This document shows positions 1 through 15,158 of a DNA stretch of 64,000 bases, piece by piece. Source of the DNA: the human T2T-CHM13v2.0 reference genome, Homo sapiens. A program made the translations under genes and the position numbers. Below the pieces are notes generated by a model, which was given only the letters and a program-made list of their open reading frames with translations, was not told the DNA's origin and searched no databases. The stretch lies in assembly GCF_009914755.1 (NCBI RefSeq), contig NC_060935.1. The stretch is one strand, 5' to 3'. Each line of letters starts with the position of its first letter. Position 1 is the stretch's first letter.

Positions 1-987
1 CAGAGCCATTGTTTCAGAACTGTCCAAATTAATTGATATACTTTTCTTAACCTGGTCCAGGAGCATACCGGGTGTAGAGGAATCCACCATGTACCCTCCC
101 TGTTTCCTGGGAGGGTATGCTTGCTATTTTCTTACCCAACCTGCTCATTCTTTTCATGTCTCTGCCTCTCTTCCCAAGATAAGAATGTTAATCCCTTCTC
201 ATCTGAGACCAGGATCTGGCAAGGGGACAGGATTTTAGCAAAGGACAGGAGCCAATAGCAAATGCAAGTCATATTATTCTGTAAATTCCATATATCACAG
301 CTATTCAGTGGAAAATTCTTCCATATTCAACAGCTCACAAATGAAAGAAAGTTGGTAGATTTCTCTAAATTTGACAACAGAATATTTGTCAAACAAATTT
401 GAAATAAAGAAAAAATTTCAAAATTTGTAATATTCACCAATAATGAGCTGTGAGGTTGAAAGTGATTTTCCTGAATTATTAGAAATTGTGTCCTGATTAA
501 TCATGCTAAAAGAAAGATTCCAATACGTTTCTATTCTTCCTATGCAAATATTTCTAAAACGTTGTTTTTTTAAATTTTATTATTATTATACTTTAAGTTT
601 TAGGGTACATGTGCACATTGTGCAGGTTAGTTACATATATATACATGTACAATGCTGGTGTGCTGCACCCATTAACTCGTCATGTAGCATTAGGTATATC
701 TCCTAATGCTATCCCTCCCCCCTCCCCCCACTCCACAACAGTCCCCAGAGTGTGATGTTCCCCTTCCTGTGTCCATGTGTTCTCATTGTTCAGTTCCCAC
801 CTATGAGTGAGAACATGCGGTGTTTGGTTTTTTGTCCTTGCGATAGTTTACTGAGAATGATGATTTCCAATTTCATCCATGTCGCTACAAAGGACATGAA
901 CTCATCATTTTTTATGGCTGCATAGTATTCCATGGTGTATATGTGCCACATTTTCTTAATCCAGTCTATCATTGTTGGACATTTGGA

Positions 988-3404
<2,417 letters not shown>

Positions 3405-4234
3405 TAAGAAGAGGTGACCAAACAGTATAAAACAAGAATATTTAAGAAAATGTGAAGTAGCATTCATTCATGCAGTTAATTAATAAGAAATATTATGTTG
3501 TTTTTCTGTGCTTTGTGATGGTTCTAGTGTTTACCATCTTTTAAAAGTTATTAATTTCTTGTGCTTTATTTTATTAGGCTAAAATGTTTAATTCCATATC
3601 TTATTTTGTGTTTATAATTCTGTTCTTTTCTATAAGGAAAGCACCCAAATAAAATAAGCTCAAGCCCCCACAAAATCTGTTTCTTTTCTAGCCCCTGTGT
3701 AAATAGCATAGGCTGCTAGTTTTCTATTCCACAGTTGTGTTCCATTATCGGTCTCAACACCAATTCCAAATATAACATATTTTTCTGAGTCCTGACAACT
3801 TAACTCCATACTCTGGTACCAAAGAAATTTTTGGAAAAGATGAATTTATTGAGATAAATGTACAGAATGAAGGGAGAATTCTAAATGAGGGGAGTAATGA
3901 TCTCAAGTCTTTACTGTACCCCTTCCTTCAAATCTACAAAGGGACCCAAACTCTTTACTATGCATTCAGGGAAGAGAAATGCCTTGTGGGGAATCAGGTG
4001 ACAGGTAGATTTTTTAAATCTGAAATTATTGGAAAAGATGAATTTACTGCCAAAAGAATGTATTGGAAAGATATGGGGGTACTGCTTAGAGAAAAAAGAC
4101 ATGTGAAGGAAAGTGAAACTGGATTTGGAGGGCTTAAGAATTAGACTATTTGCAAGGATTATGCAGCATAGATACACAGTCATTTCACAGTACCACTGTT
4201 AGGGTGAATAATTTCAGACATTTTTAGAGAGGGC

Positions 4235-4445
4235 AGCTGAACAGAAATGGTTAATAGTGTATACTCAGTAGTCATACTACCTGGGTTGAAATCATAACTC
4301 CTCCTCTGTGCGTTAGTTTTCTCATTTGTAAAATGTAGTAATAATTGTAGCTACCTCATTTGGTTATTATGGGGACTAAGTAAGTTAGTATACACAAGCA
4401 CTGAGTGGTACCTAGTACATATGGGTGCTCATTAACATTTAGCTG
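4235..4445 (+). mobile_element. MIR SINE
   Basis: MIR core: ctgggttgaaatc...ttagttttctcatttgtaaaatg...ataattgtagctacctca. Confidence 0.7.
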
Positions 4446-4719
4446 TTAACTTTATTGTATCATTCCTCTCAAGATTAACATTTCAGCAAGAAAGAGCCTG
4501 ATGGACAGCCAACTTTCTGACTAGATCATGGCTTCATACCTTGATTGCTCAGTCTGAATAAAATGAAAGAACTATAGTGTCCCTATGGAAAATTAATATG
4601 CTCTTACCTAAGAAGGGAAAAGGATACTGGAAGTGTAGAGATGCCCTTGCAGTCTCTACACTCTGTATCTGTAGATCTGGCCTCTTTCTTACGGTTTGTC
4701 CATCTGCATGTTAACCCCT

Positions 4720-4890
4720 CTTTCTTGTACCATACTGTTTTACTTAGTTGTTTCCTAGTCTTTATCCCTTTGCTAGACTCTAAGATCCTTGAGTACATAG
4801 TTTATGTTCTATTCATCTGTGAGTCTAACATAATACCTAGCATATAGATGCTCAGTAGACATGGTGTTGGATGAATGAATAAATAAATGC
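4720..4890 (+). mobile_element. L2 3' end
   Basis: atacctagcatatagatgctcagtaga...tgttggatgaatgaataaataaat, the typical L2 tail. Confidence 0.65.
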
Positions 4891-5974
4891 CCCAAGATGG
4901 ATATTTACCTTTAGATCCAGAATACTGTTATCCGTGGGTTTTAGCCATCTTTGCTTTTTAATCCTGAAGACTTTATTCTCATTAAGTTTGAAATTCCCCC
5001 CTCTGCCTGTTTGCTTAGCTCAAAAGCCTTTGATGTGACAAAGCATGAGGAGCAAATCTGACTTTTCCAGTCGTAAAGACGGAAGATTTGAGAATTTTAG
5101 AATGGTCTAGGGAAACAATAAGGATCTGAGGACGTTAAAAGCACTGACAAGAGATTGGCTGAAGTAACAGACCATGGGGATTTAAACTAGTTAAGAAAAA
5201 GTGGATCTTGGAGGAGGATAATCATTTAGTTAATTGTAAATGTTATTATATAGTGACATGATGTATTATTTGAGTTCAGAGCATTATATAAAGGTAAAAA
5301 TTATGATAAAAATGAGCATATTTATATCCAATGGTTCATTCAGTTTGAGGATTTCTTTTCAAGGCCTGATTATACTGCTTGCAGTATAAAATAAGCATCA
5401 GATGAGCGATAGCTAATGGTTTCATGAATTTGCTCACCATTGAAAATTAGGAAGAAAAATTAAATTGTAGGGCTTTTAGGTAACAGGTTCTCAAAAGATG
5501 TTTTTGACCTGAAACGAAGTGCTGTGTCTTTCGATTACTAGAGGAGACATAAAGATGAAATCATTTTTTTTCTTTTGCATCTTTTTCCCAATAACTGCCT
5601 CTTTTGCTCAATAAAATAGTTGGTGAGGGAAATGAGAATATTAGAACCTTTATTTTCTATCAGAGCAGCTAATTGCTGTCTGCCAAAGCACTATTTAACA
5701 ACCAATGTAAAAATACAATTTCTATAAAACTGCAGGAGAGAATCAGAATTCTAGTACTTAGGAAAACTGCACAGTAAATACTGCTATCGACTTTCTGAAA
5801 ATGTGTTATTAAACAATAGGTAACTCAAAAGGAGTTAAATATGATCATGGAGTATAGCAAGTTCATTTTATCAATCTTTTATAATATTGAATATTACCAA
5901 CAACAAATATTTTATAATAATTGAGTCCTACTTATATATGTTACTTTAAAATTGGATAGTTTGAGTATATGTTA

Positions 5975-6538
<564 letters not shown>

Positions 6539-8849
6539 TTATTATGGGGCTGAAGTTAAAATAGAAGTTAAAAGATATAACAGTATATACTGAAATGTTT
6601 TCACACTTTTAAGATTATTTTAAATGTGTCCTATCTTCTTAAATCAAAAATGATACTAATTAATAATAAAAATACCTGCCATATAATATAAATACAGGAG
6701 CTACACATGCATTGCAATGTCTAAAGTGCTTATGTATGGACCTATTACAATGCTTTTTAAGTGGGTGTAAACTGATTAGTTTGACCATTCTGACTACCCA
6801 TACATTATCATTTTCTTTGCTCTTTTTATTATCACAGGTCAAAATCCAAATTATTCTCATTTCCTTGTTTCAGTGAGTCATAGAAGGAATTGTCTCTCAC
6901 ACTTTTGATATATAACTCTTGAGGTGGGTGGCAGAAGAAGCCAGTGTCTAAGATATTGTGCTGAGATTCTTTAGGAATAATACTTAACAGAGGATGAAGT
7001 TTGTTGAACTGTCTGTAGATGGAATTGCAAATTGAACAAAATTACTTTATGGCCTTATGTATTTAAAAATCTTTGGACAAGAGTATAGGCCCTAGCAAAA
7101 TGGAAAATGACCATATGCAAAGCATGGAAAACCTTTGTAAAAAGCACTCATGTTTGAGATAGCTTACTTTTTATGCCCTAATAAGCAAATGGCAAAAGTA
7201 AAAATTATTTTAGAATTCCCCTTAAATTATAAGAGGGTAAAATAAAATCTATCATTTTCATGTTTGTCTCCTTTCTTATTTGTTGTAGGCCAGTAGCTGC
7301 TAGCCTTCTCATATGAGCAAAAAGCCATTTCCCCAATCTTAATGTTCTCTACATATTGGGGTATGCTCCTAATAAGGACTTTGTGCTGAGATGTGGGGAA
7401 GAGTATGTCTAGCCCTATTCTGTACTCTGCTGAGAATCTACATATTTCAGAGCAAGGAGAAGAGATAGGGAAAGACCAGGTGGCAGATTCTAACCTAGAA
7501 ATTTGTCTAGATTCCAGAGGCTACTACATTTATTTGAATCTGCTTATAAAGAGCCCCTTCAAAATTGTTCTTTTTGTCTGTGAGCTCAAACCATAATATA
7601 TTGTTTGGTAGTGTAAATAACAGTTGCATTAAAGGCATATGAAACATGTGACTGAAAATAAATATGTTAAATTGAAACTCCAAAAAGTATAAAAAGAAGA
7701 AGAGCAAATTCTGGATAGAAAAAGGGAGGTTCACACACACATGCACACATACACATTTTTCATCTACGTGATTTCCTAGCACCAGCGCAGTGTTGTCCCT
7801 TGAGCATGAAAGTAAACCTGACTGAATTTTTCCATGATGACATCATCCCTTCTACTTACAGTCTCACATCCTGCATTTAACAACATGCAGGCACATCAGC
7901 AAGACAAGATTGTAAAAGGAGTCTAACTGGGGAACTGTTTTCATGATATTTGATAGCACTAATTGCGGTCAATGCTTTCAAAGCACTGTGGATGTAGAAT
8001 ATTTTGTCAGAAAAAGTCACTCTCACCCTATGGAAAATGGAGAATTAATTATTTTAAAATGAGCTGTTACTAAATGTGTTGGAGAAACTCAAGTCGTTGG
8101 AACAAATCAATAATGAATATGTATGCTATTTCTTAAAGGGAAACATTCATAGATTTTATATTAAGAACCTTTTCTAAAAGGCTGAAATTTGGGGGAAAGA
8201 GTTGCTTTTTCATTTAAAAATGTCTGAGAATTGCTAGGTAATTTAAAATGTAAGCACTCACCATATTTATGTGTGTGTGGTCCAAGGTATGTGGTACTGG
8301 TACATTACAGAGTAATGGAATAATGCTTTTTAGATGAGGTAACTGAGTTTACAATATATAGAGCTCTTCAACTGTATCTTAAGCTCTTAGGGGCTGACGA
8401 CATGAATGGCTTCTATTGTTTGACTTAGCAGTTTGAAAACACATTACATATCATGCATGAAGCCTGAAGCCTTCTAGTATGTGTTTTGTGTTTATATTAC
8501 TGTGCTAGTCATGTCTAATTTCACACCAGTGTAGGCTGCTTGTCTAACAGATGCCTCGCTAGCATTGCTGTTTCATATAAGAAATAAAAAATGTGGTAAT
8601 TTGCATATCTTGAAGCCAAAAGAAGCAAACAAAAATCCCAGCTCAATCAAAAATTGTTAAAAAAGAATTAAATCTTGGAAGTGACAAGGAAGAAAAGAAC
8701 CCTACAATGAAGGTGAAACAACTCAATAAATTCAGAAAGTCTTTTGAGACTCTGTTTTGTAGGTGTTATGGAGGATGTGAAGCAAATAAGTCATGGATTC
8801 TTTCTTCTAGATCAGGATCACTTAAGTGCTTTTGTGCCATGTTCTTTTA

Positions 8850-9215
8850 GGCACTTGGGTGAAGCCTGTGGATCATTTCTCCTCATGCTATTTTTAAATA
8901 AATGAAATAAATACAAAATAAAGGGAACCAATTTTATTAAAATACAGTTATTTCAATATTAAAAATCAACATTGAAACACAAATTTAAAATAATGTGCTT
9001 GTATTTTAAAAAGGTTAATCTGGCATTGCTTCTAATAAATCCTATAGTTATAAAGTAGAGAAGAGAGTAAACCCAGTGTTTCCAGATACCAGGAACGATT
9101 GTAATATGAAATAAAAGCTTCTACAATTTTTACCAATGAGAAAGCTACTGTGGTATTTTTGTCTACATTTATAATTGAAGGGATATTAAACTTCAATTAG
9201 AAGCCAGTGAAAATA

Positions 9216-9261
<46 letters not shown>

Positions 9262-9300
9262 TCATCTCAAATTCATGATTCTCCCAGAAAAGAACCCTTT
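8850..9300. mobile_element. hAT-Charlie-like DNA transposon fossil
   Basis: gaagcctgtggatcatttctc...aaagggaaccaattttattaaaatacagtta resembles recalled Charlie/MER consensus; degenerate. Confidence 0.4.
9219..9256. repeat. (AT)19 microsatellite
   Basis: Uninterrupted alternating AT run. Confidence 0.97.
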
Positions 9301-9659
9301 CTTGTAGTAAGGAATATTGTAGATTGTAGTAAGGAATATTCTAATAAACAAACAAAACTCAGAATAAATGGATTTTTACAGAATAAACAAAATGCAGTGG
9401 GCAGATTAACACAGGAGAGATTAATCTTTACTTATCTAATGAATGTGTATGCAAATATATATGTGTAGAACTAAACCATATGTTGTTCTATGTTGTTATA
9501 TTTGCTACATTTAAAATTGTTCAAAGATTGAAAAGTAGATACATGATCCTTTATTTCCACAGACTTAATTAATGCCATGTGATATGATAATAAAGCAAAC
9601 ATTTACTAAGTATTTACTTCGTGTCATTCAGAGTAAGCTTTTTACATGTATTAAATCAT

Positions 9660-10050
9660 CAAATAATTTAAAACTCAAAGTAGATTATGCCACTTCTTAG
9701 CTCAAATTTTTTCAAATGGCACCTCAACTTTCTTGGAGAAAAAGCCAAAATCTATATGACAGCCTACAAGGCTCTATATGCACTGTTCCTTGGTGACCTT
9801 TCTGATCTCATTTATTGTAACTTTTCCCTTACCCGACTTTGTTGCAGCCACACTGGACTCCTTGCAATTCTTTGAACCTGACGAGTAGGTCCCATCCACC
9901 ACAGGGCCTTCACAATTGTTCTTCTAGCTTCTTAGAGTATTATTTTCCCAGGGGTGTGTATGATTTGCTTCTCACTCTCTTCATGTCCCTGCTCAAATGT
10001 CATGTTTTATCTGAGGCCTTCCCTGACCAACCTATATAAAGTGCCTTTCA
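9660..10050 (+). mobile_element. L2 fragment
   Basis: gcagccacactggactccttgc...cagggccttc...gctcaaatgtca...tgaggccttccctgacca, typical of L2a. Confidence 0.7.
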
Positions 10051-10963
10051 AGAATGCTTTTCCAGACTTTTCAACTGCTAAACATTTATTGAATGCTAAC
10101 TGTGTACAAGATCTGATAAATAAAAGAAGACTAAAGCATTATTGGGTCCTCCCCAAGAACTTGCAGTCTAGTTAGGTACATAAAATATGAACATATAATA
10201 ATATAGATATCAATGGAAGTGCTAAATAAGTGATACCCACCAGTGGTTCTCAACTTTCGTTTAACCATAACATACATTACAATGAAAACATTCAATTGAT
10301 TATTCAACACATGTATACTGAACACCTAACATATACAGGGCAAAATATTGGATGCTCACATGCTTCATGCCTTTGTGGATTAGCAAGGGATAATAACATT
10401 AAGCTGGTAATTAAAAAGTATGCAAACAGTGAATTTCAACTGCTGTGTATAAATACAAGAAAGTGTACATACATGACCTCCTTTAAGAGGAGGACCTAAA
10501 TTAGTCATGTACAAAGGATATTTTAGATTATTCTGAAGCAGAATGGGAATAAGCAAGGCAGAGAGGGAATATAGAGTGTGCCAAATACAGTAAATTGCAC
10601 ACGTGAAAGCCCTCAGATGTAAAGGTGCATGATGACTTTGAGGAAGTAAAGGAAAGCAAGTATGTCTGGAGACTAGCACATAACTCAAGAGAATCAAGAG
10701 ATGAGACCAAAGCTAAGTCTTGTTGGATGCTGGCATTTATCTTAAGTATAACAATATGCCATTGAACTATTAACATTTTAAACAGAAGCATGATAGACTC
10801 CTTTAAAATGACAACATTAGCAGTGTAGAGAATGGATTGGAAAGGAGAAGTGAAGGTGGAAATAACCACCCAAGTCAGGAGGCTATTGCCTAGCTCAGGT
10901 GACAGATAATGACCACTTATCCTAGGGTAGTGGCAGTGGAATGGGAAAGAAGTAGACGGTTTT

Positions 10964-11713
10964 TTTTTTTCTTTTATTATTATACTTTAAGTTTTAGGGT
11001 ACATGTGCACATTGTGCAGGTTAGTTACATATGTATACATGTGCCACGCTGGTGCACTGCACCCACTAACTCGTCATCTAGCATTAGGTATATCTCCCAA
11101 TGCTATCCCTCCCCGCTCCCCCCACCCCACAACAGTCCCCGGAGTGTGATGTTCCCCTTCCTGTGTCCATGTGATCTCATTGTTCAATTCCCACCTATGA
11201 GTGAGAATATGCGGTGTTTGGTTTTTTGTCCTTGCGATAGTTTACTGAGAATGATGGTTTCCAATTTCATCCATGTCCCTACAAAGGACATGAACTCATC
11301 ATTTTTTATGGCTGCATAGTATTCCATGGTGCATATGTGCCACATTTTCTTAATCCAGTCTATCACTGTTGGACATTTGGGTTGGTTCCAAGTCTTTGCT
11401 ATTGTGAATAGTGCTGCAATAAACATACGTGTGCATGTGTCTTTATAGCAGCATGATTTATAATCCTTTGGGTATATACCCAGTAATAGGATGGCTGGGT
11501 CAAATGGTATTTCTAGTTCTAGATCCCTGAGGAATCGCCACACTGACTTCCACAATGGTTGAACTAGTTTACAGTCCCACCAACAGTGTAAAAGTGTTCC
11601 TATTTCTCCACATTCTCTCCAGCACCTGTTGTTTCCTGACTTTTTAATGATTGCCATTCTAACTGGTGTGAGATGGTATCTCATTGTGGTTTTGATTTGC
11701 ATTTCTCTGATGG
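10964..11713 (-). mobile_element. 5'-truncated LINE-1 (L1PA2-like), ~750 bp, inserted in an L2 fossil
   Basis: ORF2 C-terminus (ORF 11184..11882) plus a 3' UTR reading GCTAGATGACGAGTTAGTGGG (GAG, not the L1HS ACA/ACG). TSD ga[c/t]ggtttt at 10955-10963 and 11709-11717; cleavage TTTT/GA. The flanks rejoin as L2 sequence (gtggcagtggaatgggaaagaagtagacggttttgagatat). Confidence 0.93.
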
Positions 11714-13014
11714 TTTTGAGATATATTGAGACCAGGTGGACTTGGCAGAGCTTGGTGATAAATTGTATAGAATGGGTAAGGGAGATTGGTCTGGAGTTTC
11801 CTACTTGAGGACACAGATGGATAGTAGTGCTTTGTTTTGCAAGTGGAAAGGCCACGGAAGAGTAGGATTGGGGAAACATCATTGTTTCTTACACACATGT
11901 GCATTGTACCTTCATGAGTACCTGAGGGTTATGAGCCTTGTTGGCTCCCTGTCATGCCACACCTTTCATTTCTGCTCAAGGAAACATAAACAAATGAGTA
12001 AGGAAGTGCTTTAGAGATAACCTTGAATTTTCTTTGACCTAGTCCTTAAAAAATATTTCAGTTGTAAGCTGTTAAGATCCATACTTTTAAAAGTCACAAA
12101 TGTTTATAGACTTGACTCTCAGCTGATCTAGACATACCATTGTTTAGACAGACCTCTGCTGATATACTTAGTAGGTTCTTGTAAGGGTTCAGGAAACAGT
12201 TTGTCTAAGTGCTCGGGGAAGTTTGCATGTCAGCAGTGGAATTTAAATTGTCCAAACATGGTGCAAAAAAATGTACAGAGAAATTGGTGGCAAATGCAAT
12301 ATAAATATGTGGTGAGTGAACCAAATATTAATGCTGGAAAAATGCAAGCATGTACCAGGAATAGTGAATAGAAAAACATGGTTGATGTGGATCATATATG
12401 GAGAGAACGTTTGGCACATGGACTGGTGAAGCTCACATCTCATAACCACAAGACTTAAGTATTTGAACTTTGTTTTGTAAACATTGAGCTGGAGAATGAG
12501 AACATTAAATTTAGGAAGATTAATCTGAGGTTGATGTGTATGCATATTAAGTTGGAGAAATTTGAGACAGGAAACAGGAAGATCGTTGGGTAAAGTTTCT
12601 ACATTTGTTTAGATCTGAGGTGTTAAAGGGTCTGAGGTGAGTGTGTCAATATTTTATTAAAAGGTTCAGGGTAATTGAAGAGATATTCATTGGAAAACAA
12701 CAATGAGCTAGATTGATGATTTACTGGGCACAAAAAGAAGGGATGAAGGAAGAATCAAAGCTACCATAATTTTTACAATTTGAGACAATATGATGATTAG
12801 GGGACAGAACAAAAGAAGGAAATTCTGTTTTTGTGGGAGACATATAATGACTTGATAGATGTACTGAATAGCAAGATATGTAGGTGGATATTATGGATAT
12901 TTTTGAGATTGTGTTTATGTTTTTTAGTGATTATTAAAATCCCCAAATTTTCATTGGCACCCCGGACTAAATTTTATTTAAATTAGTTTAAATGTCCTTT
13001 TCTTCAGTTTTCTA

Positions 13015-13240
13015 ACAAACATGCACTTAAATTTTACCATATGCCAGTCATTATTTCAAGAACTTCTGTTTAAACTTATATAACCCTCATAGCAACGTCA
13101 TGATGTAGTTGCTATTATTATGCCATTTCACAGATGAAGTTAATATGCCTCATGTCAACACAACTAGTAACTAAAAATCCAGCATTCAAACTCAGGCAGT
13201 CTGGTTCCAAATGTACTTATGACCACTCCATTCTGCTGCC
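13015..13240 (-). mobile_element. MIR SINE
   Basis: ctattattatgccatttcacagatgaag...ccagcattcaaactcaggcagtctggttcca. Confidence 0.75.
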
Positions 13241-13279
13241 CGTGACTATATATGGAATATATGCCTCGGCTACAATCAT

Positions 13280-13810
13280 ATTTGTATTTATTCAATAAAT
13301 GTTTCATAAGTAATATTTGATAGGTATTACACTAGGTGCTAGGAATAAGGTGGTGAACAAAACCAGTCACTGTTCCATTCCTCATAAAGCCTACAGCCTA
13401 AAAGGAAAGATAGTTGTTAATCAGTTAATCATATGAAGGAACTTGATAGCAGGAGCACTTAAACAGTGTGGATTTTACCCAGGTAAACTGAAGTGTAAGG
13501 GGTGGGACTTGCAATTATTTGGGCAAAGAAATATGGGAAGAGCAGAGAGGACACTTAATGTGCAAGAAGCCTGTGGTGGGAGGCAGGATGGAGAACATGC
13601 AGGCATTGGAACAAATGCTAGCATGGCTACAGGAGACAGAGGGCCCATGGTAGTAGAGTAGACAGTGTGCGGGCTAATACAAACCATGGAAGCCACATCA
13701 TAGGGAGCTTTCTTTATCCTAAAAGCACTGGGAAGTCATTGAAGATTTTTAAGCAGAGAAAAACTCAATCAAATTTTCCATTTGAAAACCCTAATTTGAT
13801 TAGACTGTAG
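13280..13810 (-). mobile_element. L2 fragment including 3' end
   Basis: tttattcaataaatgttt...ctaggtgctaggaataaggtggtgaacaaaac...gggaagtcattgaagatttttaagcag. Confidence 0.7.
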
Positions 13811-14205
13811 AACTCAGAGGTGAATGCACAGCATGGTAATGAAAAAAAAAAACACAGAAGACATTGTAATTAAATCACCATAGAAAGGTAAAGCATTTGT
13901 CTTAAATGTTTATTTTTTCCTGTGTATATGTTGGCTTACTACAGTAATTACAGATGTGGTGATACAACTAATAGTCAACTCTCCTCAGGGCATTCTTTGT
14001 AAATGTAATTGAAAGTAGACATGTATTTGAAAAAAAATTAAATTAATTGAAGATAAGCTATTATCTAGGATTGGTATTAGGTGCTTTCTAGGACATCTTA
14101 TTTAATTCTCAAAACATGTTACAAATGTTAGGCCTTCAGTTCGAAAGGTTAATTAGATTAAATTACTGTTCTTGGTCATTATTAGTGCAGTGAAGTTAGC
14201 AGCAA

Positions 14206-14838
14206 AGTTCAACCATTGTGGAAGTCAGTGTGGCGATTCCTCAGGGATCTAGAACTAGAAATACCATTTGACCCAGCCATCCCATTACTGGGTATATACC
14301 CAAAGGACTATAAATCATGCTGCTATAAAGACACATGCACACGTATGTTTATCGTGGCACTATTCACAATAGCAAAGACTTGGAACCAATCCAAATGTCC
14401 AACAACGATAGACTGGATTAAGAAAATGTGGCACATATACACCATGGAATACTATGCAGCGGTAAAAAATGATGAGTTCATGTCCTTTGTAGGGACATGG
14501 ATGAAATTGGAAATCATCATTCTCAGTAAACTATTGCAAGGACAAAAAAACCAAACACCGCATGTTCTCACTCACACGTGGGAATTGAACAATGAGAACA
14601 CATAGACACAGGAAGGGGAACATCGCACTCTGGGGACTGTTGTGGGGTAGGGGGAGGGGGGAGGGATAGCATTAGGAGATATACCTAATGCTAAATGATG
14701 AGTTAATGGGTGCAGCACACCAGCATGGCACATGTATACATATGTAACTAACATGCACATTGTGCACATGTACCCTAAAACTTAAAGTATAATAATAATT
14801 TAAAAAAGGAAAAAACAAACAAACAAACAAACGAAAAC
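14206..14838 (+). mobile_element. 5'-truncated LINE-1 (L1PA3-like), ~630 bp
   Basis: Begins agttcaaccattgtggaag. Contains the ORF2 C-terminus (ORF 14216..14605, frameshifted in an A-run), a 3' UTR with GAGTTAATGGG, and an A/(AAAC)n tail. No TSD seen. Confidence 0.93.
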
Positions 14839-15093
14839 AACTTTTTTTCCCCTAAAATTGTTTAGTAATCTGTGAGCCACTAAAATAAATTCCTTTCTTG
14901 GAATCCATCTATTAAAAAATCTTTGAACTTTTGAAAATACTTATCTCATACATAATTTACAGATGAGTACCCCAAAATAGTTTTGACTAAAATATTAAAG
15001 CCAGAGACTCTGAATTCACAATTTGCTGCCAACAATGATAAATTATGATGTCATGGAACATGCAGAATATTTGTTGGAAATGAAAAATTCAAG

Positions 15094-15158
15094 ATATATA
15101 TATATGTGTGTAGATATATGTGTGTGTGTGTGTCTGTGTGTATATATATATATATATG
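15094..15158. repeat. Compound (TA)n/(TG)n microsatellite
   Basis: Alternating TA and TG blocks. Confidence 0.9.

Noticed and set aside
11184-11882. 232-aa ORF fusing 57 non-L1 codons to the L1 ORF2 C-terminus
   Set aside because: Chance open frame through L2-derived flank into a young L1; no promoter or splice evidence.
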